NCBI GenBank assembly: GCA_052034745.1
Contig: JBPOIF010000030.1
Span: forward strand, 1-42,583
DNA length: 42,583 nucleotides
Reading direction: 5' to 3'
Origin: Candidatus Nomurabacteria bacterium
Lineage (GTDB): Bacteria; Patescibacteriota; Minisyncoccia; Phycocordibacterales; UBA9973
Below the pieces are notes generated by a model. The model did no database searches. It was not told the origin of the DNA and was given only the letters and a program-made list of their open reading frames with translations. Shown piece by piece: positions 1 through 6,152 of this stretch. Position 1 is the stretch's first letter; every line of letters begins with the position of its first letter. Position numbers and translations under genes: made by a program.

Positions 1-1359
1 AAAAAGATTCTTGTAGAACACTCAAGCCCAAACTTGTTCAAACCATTTCATATAGGACACCTGATGAACAACACTATTGGTGAAGCGCTCTATCGTCTCG
101 CCAAGAGTTCTGGTGCGCAGGCGACCCCTATTTCTTTTCCATCTGACATCTCACTCGGTGTAGCAAAAGCGATATATATTCTTTTGGAAAAATTTGGAGA
201 AGATTTTGCACCTACCGATGTGTCAGTGCTTGGGGGCGCGTATGTAGAAGGGGTAAGAAAATATCAAGAAGCAGAAGAAGAGCAACCATGCGGAAGTATG
301 GTGTATCGAGTGAAAGAAATCGCTGACAATTTATACGCACAAAAAGATTCTCCAGAATGGCGACTGTTTGAGAAATGTAAAGTGTTCAATATCAACTATT
401 TTGAACAAGTAGTAAAAAATCTTGGTTCGCAGTTTGATAGTTATATTTATGAGAGTGAAGCAGGAGTAGAAGGAAAGAAGATAGTGTTAGAAAATACTCC
501 AAACGTATTCACTGAAAGTGAAGGAGCGGTTGTGTATATCCCAGAAGAGGGTAGTAAGCTCCACACCGCTGTCTTTATCAATAGCCAAGGCAATCCTACA
601 TATGAAGCAAAAGATATCGGCCTTCTTGATTTGAAGTTCTCTCGTTATCAACCAGATATTTCTATTACAGTCACTGACAATCAACAGGCTTCACACTTCC
701 AAGTAGTAGTAGATGCGGCTGGAAAAATAAATCCCGCATGGCAAAACAATAGTGTGCACCGAAGTCACGGTCGTATGAGTTTCAAGGGGGCCAAGATGTC
801 TTCTCGTTTGGGGAACGTTCCACTCGTTGAAGACATTCTCGCTACGATTGTAGAAGAAGTGAAAGTAAAAAACCCTGATGCAACTGATGAAGTAGCAAAA
901 CAGGTTGCTATCGCTGCGATTAAATTTGCCATTTTGCGTACACAGGCTGGCAAGGATATTAACTTTGATCCTGACACCTCACTTTCTTTTGAGGGCGATA
1001 GTGGACCATATCTGCAATACACCGCAGTGCGAGCAGGGGCACTGCTTGAGAAAGGGAGCGCCTTGGGTATTACTCCCAATATAGATACTCCTGTTGCAGG
1101 CACCGAGACCCTTGAACGGTTGGTTGCACGATTTCTAGAAGTAGCAGGGGAAGCGCAAGAGTCATGGGCACCGCACTCTGTGGTCTCATACCTCCTCGAG
1201 CTCTCACAAGCATTTAACTCTTGGTATGGACAAGGCAAGATTGTAGATGCGGAAGACGTGTCAGGTACAGCCTACCGTCTCTCGGTAGTTGCAGCCGTTC
1301 GTCAGACTATCATAAACGGCCTTTGGGTCCTCGGTATCGAAACTCCAGAGAAGATGTAA
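1..1359 (+). CDS. argS: Arginine--tRNA ligase (ArgRS), 5' end cut by window edge
   Basis: Frame 1 is open from nt 1 (KKILVEHSSPNLFKPFHIGH). It has SSPN plus a class I HIGH motif, the KMSSRLGN variant of KMSKS, a DALR-type anticodon-binding region (GDSGPYLQYTAVRA) and a typical ArgRS C-terminus ending PEKM. Confidence 0.9.
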   Translation, partial: KKILVEHSSPNLFKPFHIGHLMNNTIGEALYRLAKSSGAQATPISFPSDISLGVAKAIYILLEKFGEDFAPTDVSVLGGAYVEGVRKYQEAEEEQPCGSMVYRVKEIADNLYAQKDSPEWRLFEKCKVFNINYFEQVVKNLGSQFDSYIYESEAGVEGKKIVLENTPNVFTESEGAVVYIPEEGSKLHTAVFINSQGNPTYEAKDIGLLDLKFSRYQPDISITVTDNQQASHFQVVVDAAGKINPAWQNNSVHRSHGRMSFKGAKMSSRLGNVPLVEDILATIVEEVKVKNPDATDEVAKQVAIAAIKFAILRTQAGKDINFDPDTSLSFEGDSGPYLQYTAVRAGALLEKGSALGITPNIDTPVAGTETLERLVARFLEVAGEAQESWAPHSVVSYLLELSQAFNSWYGQGKIVDAEDVSGTAYRLSVVAAVRQTIINGLWVLGIETPEKM

Positions 1360-1393
1360 GGGGACACTTATCCTGAGCCTGCCGAAGGTCAGT

Positions 1394-1436
1394 TTGACTA
1401 TAATAGTTTTTCTTGTAGTATCAAGAAAAACTATTA
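1394..1436 (+). promoter_or_regulatory. Promoter-like element with a perfect 15-bp-arm palindrome (copy 1 of 2)
   Basis: TTGACT (1394-1399) is followed 15 nt later by TAGTAT (1415-1420). TAGTAT is the loop of the palindrome TAATAGTTTTTCTTG-TAGTAT-CAAGAAAAACTATTA (1401-1436). The 26-nt core AGTTTTTCTTGTAGTATCAAGAAAAA recurs identically at 1993-2018. Confidence 0.45.
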
Positions 1437-1440
1437 GTAA

Positions 1441-1923
1441 ATGAAAACATTAAAACAGGCGTTTCTTGTTCTTGTGAAAAAGTACAAGCCAAGAATTTCG
1501 GGGCGATTTATTTTTGGGTTTAATCTGCTCGATATAGATGCTCGGGTAATCCACACCAAAGAATGTTCCCTTTCAGTTTTTTTCTGCGAACTTTTTCTTC
1601 GTTCGGGAAACTATCCTGAAAACAGAGCATCAATTGTCATTTTCCGTGGCATTATTCCCAGCGGGTCAATTCTGAAGGATCCTGTTTTGGAAATAGAAGA
1701 TGTTCTCTGCTATGTGTACAAAAGTATGGATAATGAAAGTACGATCGATTGGTGCTCAAAGTCAGAGATACTCACTTTTTCTTTAAAAGATACTCCAACA
1801 AACCCCCGGGGCAGCCTCTCACAAAGAGAGGAGATCATCGTTTCCAGGATCATTGGGAAGCTCCAAAAACAGCTTTCAAATGAAAGGAAAGGAATAATGC
1901 ATTTCTTTAAGAGATTATTTTAA
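1441..1923 (+). CDS. Hypothetical protein (160 aa), no recognisable domain
   Basis: Only long ORF in this visibly AT-richer stretch. It is bracketed by its own promoter-like palindrome and an intrinsic terminator. I recognise no motif. Confidence 0.55.
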   Translation: MKTLKQAFLVLVKKYKPRISGRFIFGFNLLDIDARVIHTKECSLSVFFCELFLRSGNYPENRASIVIFRGIIPSGSILKDPVLEIEDVLCYVYKSMDNESTIDWCSKSEILTFSLKDTPTNPRGSLSQREEIIVSRIIGKLQKQLSNERKGIMHFFKRLF

Positions 1924-1929
1924 AGTTTT

Positions 1930-1957
1930 AAAAGCCGCAGCGTTGCGGCTTTTTTTT
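1930..1957 (+). terminator. Rho-independent terminator (copy 1 of near-identical pair)
   Basis: AAAAGCCGCAGCGTTGCGGCTTTTTTTT: a GC stem (GCCGCA/TGCGGC) followed by a T8 run, 7 nt after the stop codon. Confidence 0.8.
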
Positions 1958-1981
1958 CGAGATTCATCATATTAGATATGG

Positions 1982-2018
1982 TTGACTTACACAGTTTTTC
2001 TTGTAGTATCAAGAAAAA
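1982..2018 (+). promoter_or_regulatory. Promoter-like element with palindrome (copy 2 of 2)
   Basis: TTGACT (1982-1987) is followed 15 nt later by TAGTAT (2003-2008), inside TTTTTCTTG-TAGTAT-CAAGAAAAA. The 26-nt core is identical to 1405-1430. Confidence 0.45.
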
Positions 2019-2026
2019 AGTAAATC

Positions 2027-2575
2027 ATGATCTCTTTAAAAGAATGGCAAGATAATCCTCATTTGGGTTTGCATTATTATGCGCACTGGGATGAACAAAT
2101 GTTCAAAGCTTTGGAAAATGCCAAAAATCAACCAGGGCTTTTAGTAAAAATGAACGAGTCGCTGAATGTGGGTAAACGCTTATTAAAAAAATTACCCAGA
2201 AAGCTCGGTATTGTTTGTGGGCCTATTTCTACAGGTAAAAAAACAGTGCAAGAGAATTTAAAGGTTTTTGAGCTAACAGTTTTGAAAGTTTCAAATGAAA
2301 TGCCCATCTTCAACCAGATGCCGTTTGAACCAGTTTTTGAAACTGCCCACAGTTTAGCAATGGAAGACAAAGATCTTTGCCCATCGGGTAAAAGCTCAGA
2401 GTTTTTTATTAAATATTTCTATGAAGAGATATTTCTTTCAAACAAAGAATGGAACCCCCATTTTATTTATGGGTGGGAACATTCTGTCGGAGCGATAATG
2501 GAGCACGATATTTTTATTCAGCTGGGATTAGGAAAAGATATCGTTTATTTGTCGGAAGATTTTGTAACACCTTAA
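2027..2575 (+). CDS. DUF4406 / nucleoside 2-deoxyribosyltransferase-like protein with N-terminal extension
   Basis: IVCGPISTG (compare GPMTG of DUF4406) and C-terminal YGWEHSVGAIMEHDIFIQLGLGKDIVYL (compare GWE-S-GA--E---A--LG) fit the DUF4406 pattern. About 60 aa at the N-terminus are unassigned. Recognised by eye only. Confidence 0.5.
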   Translation: MISLKEWQDNPHLGLHYYAHWDEQMFKALENAKNQPGLLVKMNESLNVGKRLLKKLPRKLGIVCGPISTGKKTVQENLKVFELTVLKVSNEMPIFNQMPFEPVFETAHSLAMEDKDLCPSGKSSEFFIKYFYEEIFLSNKEWNPHFIYGWEHSVGAIMEHDIFIQLGLGKDIVYLSEDFVTP

Positions 2576-2576
2576 C

Positions 2577-2603
2577 AAAAGCCGCAACGTTGCGGCTTTT
2601 TTT
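2577..2603 (+). terminator. Rho-independent terminator (copy 2 of near-identical pair)
   Basis: AAAAGCCGCAACGTTGCGGCTTTTTTT; differs from the 1930-1957 copy by a single loop base. Confidence 0.8.
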
Positions 2604-2626
2604 GTTTGAGAGTAGGATAGAGTTCT

Positions 2627-3229
2627 ATGACACATCCTAAAAAAGAGCGATCATTTGTTATTATTAAACCAGACGGGGTGCAGCGTTCGTTGGTTGGCGA
2701 TATTATCTCTCGTTTTGAAAAAACGGGCCTTAAATTTATTGCCATGAAAATGATGCTTCCCACCAAAGAGCACTTATTTAAGCATTACAACAAAGATGAT
2801 GTTTGGTATGAAAGTAAAGGGAAGGTGACACTTGATGCAATTATCGCAAGAGGGGAAACTCCAACAAAAACTGCAACCGAATATGGTAAAGGCATTATTG
2901 AACAACTTGCAAATTTTATGTCAGCAAGTCCTGTTATCGCTATGGTTTTAGAGGGGAATAAGGCAGTTTCTGTTGTAAAGAAGATCGTGGGAGGGACTGA
3001 ACCAGCGACATCTGATGTCGGTACTATTCGAGGGGACTACACAATTGATTCATATAGTTTGGCAAATTTTGACAGTCGAGCAGTGCGTAATCTCATTCAT
3101 TGTTCTGACTCACCAGAAGAAGCAGTAAGGGAAATTTCACTTTGGTTTAATCCAAATGAGTTGATAGGCTATCGTCATATCAATGAAGGAATGCTTTACG
3201 ATGTAAACCTAGACGGTATTCTAGAATAG
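2627..3229 (+). CDS. ndk: Nucleoside diphosphate kinase (long form, 200 aa)
   Basis: ERSFVIIKPDGVQRSLVGDIISRFEKTGLKFIAMK, TIRGDY and NLIHCSDSPEEA (catalytic His present; Cys replaces the usual Gly of HGSDS). Confidence 0.92.
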   Translation: MTHPKKERSFVIIKPDGVQRSLVGDIISRFEKTGLKFIAMKMMLPTKEHLFKHYNKDDVWYESKGKVTLDAIIARGETPTKTATEYGKGIIEQLANFMSASPVIAMVLEGNKAVSVVKKIVGGTEPATSDVGTIRGDYTIDSYSLANFDSRAVRNLIHCSDSPEEAVREISLWFNPNELIGYRHINEGMLYDVNLDGILE

Positions 3230-3462
3230 GTAATCCTTATAGGCTCCTTCGACATTACATTTTGTCTCTGTCTATCTTGTTTCTCGGAACAGAGAACGTA
3301 TACTGAATATACGGCTATTTTAAAATAGTACTTAGAACGTAAGTTATCAGGGGCGCTGCGTGGTATCTGTATTGCCGAATTTTTTATGAGGCATTGCTGG
3401 TACCCAGGCATCCCACTTAGCATCTGCTAAGGATACTATTTTATAAATAGCCGTAATAAAAA

Positions 3463-3490
3463 ACTCTGTGTAAGCAGGGTTTTTTATTTT
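3463..3490 (+). terminator. Putative intrinsic terminator closing the hairpin-rich ndk-downstream spacer
   Basis: ACTCTG-TGTAAG-CAGGGT stem (one G-U pair) followed by TTTTTATTTTT. Confidence 0.45.
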
Positions 3491-3510
3491 TATGGCATAC
3501 TAGTGAGACT

Positions 3511-3909
3511 ATGCGCCGTCTTTTTCTCTTGGTAACTCTTGTTTCAATCCTAATTTTGGTTATTTTGCATTACGGGGCACTCATCTATGACCTTTATGGT
3601 ACGTTTTTCTGGTTCGATATGCTCACCCATACGCTCGGAGGATTTGTAGTGGTGTTCGTTGGAATTGTTTTTCTGGGTTCTCGGTCATCTCGACTCCTCA
3701 CACGGAGAAATCTTATTATCCTTGTTATAGGTATTGGTGTACTGTGGGAACTATACGAGTACTTAGTACAAACAATGATACCCGCAACCCCTTTTGTTAC
3801 TTTTGTTGATTCTTTGAGTGATATTCTCTTCGATGTTGTTGGGGGAGTTATCGGAATATGCTTTGTTCATTGGTTAAAAAAGAGGTACACTACAAGAGAT
3901 GGCAACTGA
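3511..3909 (+). CDS. Small integral membrane protein (about 4 TM), function unknown
   Basis: Hydrophobic segments carry conserved-looking polar residues (FDMLTHTLGG, WELYEY, DSLSDILFDVVGG). Its stop overlaps the next gene's start by 11 nt. Confidence 0.7.
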   Translation: MRRLFLLVTLVSILILVILHYGALIYDLYGTFFWFDMLTHTLGGFVVVFVGIVFLGSRSSRLLTRRNLIILVIGIGVLWELYEYLVQTMIPATPFVTFVDSLSDILFDVVGGVIGICFVHWLKKRYTTRDGN

Positions 3910-5269
3910 AAAAATTCTGAAACTTACTTTTGCAGGCGGAACCGGGAGTGTGACAGGAGCAAACTTTTTGCTCGAAGGCGAGGGGAAGCGCATCTTGATT
4001 GATTGTGGACTTTCACAGGGGACAAAGCTTGCTGATGATAAGAACTGGGAACCATTTCCCTACGATCCCGCATCGATCGATATACTGTTTATCACGCATG
4101 CACACATCGACCACATCGGTCGTATTCCAAAGCTCGTCTTCGAGGGGTTTAAGGGGGTGATCTATTCAACAACTCCGACAAAGGATATTACGGAGCTCAT
4201 GCTTGATGATACGGCAAATATCCTCTCTCATGGCGACAACGAACAGCTCGGCAAAATGTACAGCCCTGCAGTCCTCGAAAAAGTTTTTAAAAACTGGAAG
4301 ACAGTAGACTATCACGAACCGTTGGTGATCGACCAGTTTTCTTTTCGTTATCTTGATGCGGGGCACATCCTTGGTTCGGGAATGCTCGAGCTTACCTACA
4401 ACAAAAAAAAGATTCTCTTTACGGGAGATCTCGGCAACTCACCGTCACCACTCCTTCCTGACACGGAAGCGATTAAAGACATTGATTATATGCTCATGGA
4501 AAGTGTCTATGGAGATCGCAATCACACCGACCGCAATGAACGTCGCAACAAGCTCGAGGCGACCATTGAGGACAACTTCAAACGTAAGGGGACACTCGTC
4601 ATCCCTACCTTTTCTCTTGAGCGAAGTCAGGAACTCCTCTTTGAGATAGATCAGCTTGTTGAGAACGACCGCGTGCCTCAGATGCCTATCTTTTTTGATT
4701 CTCCGCTTGGAATCCGTCTTACCAAAGTCTATCGACAGTATTCGAAGTACTACAACCAATTTGCACAGCAACTGCTCAAAAACGGTGGAGACATCTTTAG
4801 TTTTCCAGGACTCAAGTCGACACTCCTCACTGAGGAATCAAAAGAGATTGTCCGTGCCCCAAATCCAAAGATAGTGATTGCCGGAAGTGGTATGTCAAAC
4901 GGGGGACGCATCCTCCATCACGAAGCGCATTATCTTCCTGATCCAAACAACACGATTCTCCTTACTGGATATCAATCCCAAGGTACGCTCGGTCGCCTCA
5001 TTCAAGAGGGGCAAAAAGAAGTACGTATCAATGGGCAAGAGATCCCTGTTCGTGCCAACGTCGTTTTTATCGACGGGTATTCAGGACATAAGGACTCGGA
5101 TCACTTGATTGATTTTGTTGCGCAAGTTTCTGACAACATCAAGCAAGTCTTTGTTGCAATGGGAGAGCCAAAGTCTTCACTCTTTTTGGCACAACGTCTT
5201 CGGGACTATCTCGGTGTCTATGCTTCAGCTCCACAAGAAGGGGATGTGATAGAATTGGATTGTAATTAA
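3899..5269 (+). CDS. MBL-fold beta-CASP ribonuclease (CPSF73/RNase J-like)
   Basis: HAHIDHIG (HxHxDH), DAGHILGS, ESVYGDRNH, a beta-CASP middle region and C-terminal GYSGHKD. Confidence 0.85.
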   Translation: MATEKILKLTFAGGTGSVTGANFLLEGEGKRILIDCGLSQGTKLADDKNWEPFPYDPASIDILFITHAHIDHIGRIPKLVFEGFKGVIYSTTPTKDITELMLDDTANILSHGDNEQLGKMYSPAVLEKVFKNWKTVDYHEPLVIDQFSFRYLDAGHILGSGMLELTYNKKKILFTGDLGNSPSPLLPDTEAIKDIDYMLMESVYGDRNHTDRNERRNKLEATIEDNFKRKGTLVIPTFSLERSQELLFEIDQLVENDRVPQMPIFFDSPLGIRLTKVYRQYSKYYNQFAQQLLKNGGDIFSFPGLKSTLLTEESKEIVRAPNPKIVIAGSGMSNGGRILHHEAHYLPDPNNTILLTGYQSQGTLGRLIQEGQKEVRINGQEIPVRANVVFIDGYSGHKDSDHLIDFVAQVSDNIKQVFVAMGEPKSSLFLAQRLRDYLGVYASAPQEGDVIELDCN

Positions 5270-5303
5270 ACAAATTTATTAGTACTCACTTTACGACATA
5301 TAC

Positions 5304-5939
5304 ATGCCTGATACGATTGCGCAAAAAAATACACCCATCTGTTATAACGGACCACTTGAAAATGGTGACAGACACGGCCACATCAAAATAAAGGTGGGCA
5401 TCTCTGGTGCTGCAGAGACAGGACACTGTGGGCTCGACGCACTCGATAAGGCAAAGGCACTCGGTGCTGAAGTGATTCGCCAGGGAGGTATCCTCGTTAC
5501 CGGAGCAACCACAGGGTTTCCTTTTTGGGCATCCATCGGTGCAAAAGAAGAGCACGGAGTTGTGATAGGGCTTTCTCCTGCATCGAGTCCAAAGGAACAC
5601 GTTGAGACATATCGACTCCCGCTCGATTACACTGACCTTATCATCTATACAGGGTTTGGTTTTCCTGGACGAGACCTTCTCTTTACGCGCAGTTGCGACG
5701 CACTCATCATCGGATGTGGTCGCATCGGAACGATTCATGAATTTACCATTGCGTATGAAGACGGCAAACCGATCGGTATCCTCGAAGGGTCATGGACGAT
5801 GGGGGATCAGATTAGAGATATGATTGCAAAAGGCAATCGTCCCGCTGACAAGATCATCTACGACAAGGATCCTCAGAAGCTCGTCGAGCGCGTGATGGCG
5901 ATGGTAGTCGCTGATCAGAAAGCGCTGGGCGCACACTAG
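5304..5939 (+). CDS. TIGR00725-family / SLOG (LOG-DprA-like Rossmann) protein
   Basis: VGISGAAETG, GGILVTGATTG, ALIIGCGRIGTIHEF: the pattern of the TIGR00725 LOG-like family. Confidence 0.7.
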   Translation: MPDTIAQKNTPICYNGPLENGDRHGHIKIKVGISGAAETGHCGLDALDKAKALGAEVIRQGGILVTGATTGFPFWASIGAKEEHGVVIGLSPASSPKEHVETYRLPLDYTDLIIYTGFGFPGRDLLFTRSCDALIIGCGRIGTIHEFTIAYEDGKPIGILEGSWTMGDQIRDMIAKGNRPADKIIYDKDPQKLVERVMAMVVADQKALGAH

Positions 5940-5974
5940 TGCCCCTTTGAGGGAATTGTGTTAGGATAGTTTCA

Positions 5975-6150
5975 TATGCGATGAAGGGGCGATCACCCTG
6001 GAGCTTTGGGGAGAAATTGGTAACAAGAGTAAATCCCAACGGGTAAGCCCGTTAGCGCTGTAATGAGTATAAGTAAGGTGGTACCACGAGAAAAACTCGT
6101 CCTTGCACTATGACTATATGTCGTAATGCGCGGACGAGTTTTATTTTTTC
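5975..6150 (+). promoter_or_regulatory. T-box riboswitch leader (Ile) with intrinsic terminator
   Basis: T-box sequence AAGGTGGTACCACGAG lies at 6075-6090. By-eye antiterminator: A1 helix AAGG(6075-78)/CCTT(6101-04), 7-nt bulge TGGTACC, A2 helix ACGAG(6086-90)/CTCGT(6096-6100). Competing terminator: AACTCGTCC(6094-6102)/GGACGAGTT(6132-40) followed by TTTTATTTTTT. A GCGATGA K-turn-like start sits at 5978-5984, and ATC-A (5992-5995) lies in a short apical loop. Confidence 0.85.
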
Positions 6151-6152
6151 AT

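Noticed and set aside
1930-2603. Twin GCCGCANCGTTGCGGC hairpins as integron attC sites
   Set aside because: They are short perfect hairpins followed by T-runs, as in intrinsic terminators. They lack the attC R''/L''-L'/R' architecture, and no integrase is in the window.
3386-3430. 14-codon ORF MRHCWYPGIPLSIC in the ndk-downstream spacer
   Set aside because: It is too short, has no RBS or conservation evidence, and overlaps predicted hairpins. It is noted only in case peptide-level data exist.
6126-6152. Upstream ATG giving MRGRVLFFH- extension of IleRS
   Set aside because: These codons are the 3' arm and U-tract of the T-box terminator, so ATG 6153 is preferred. I keep it as an open alternative, because a start inside the hairpin could allow translational control.
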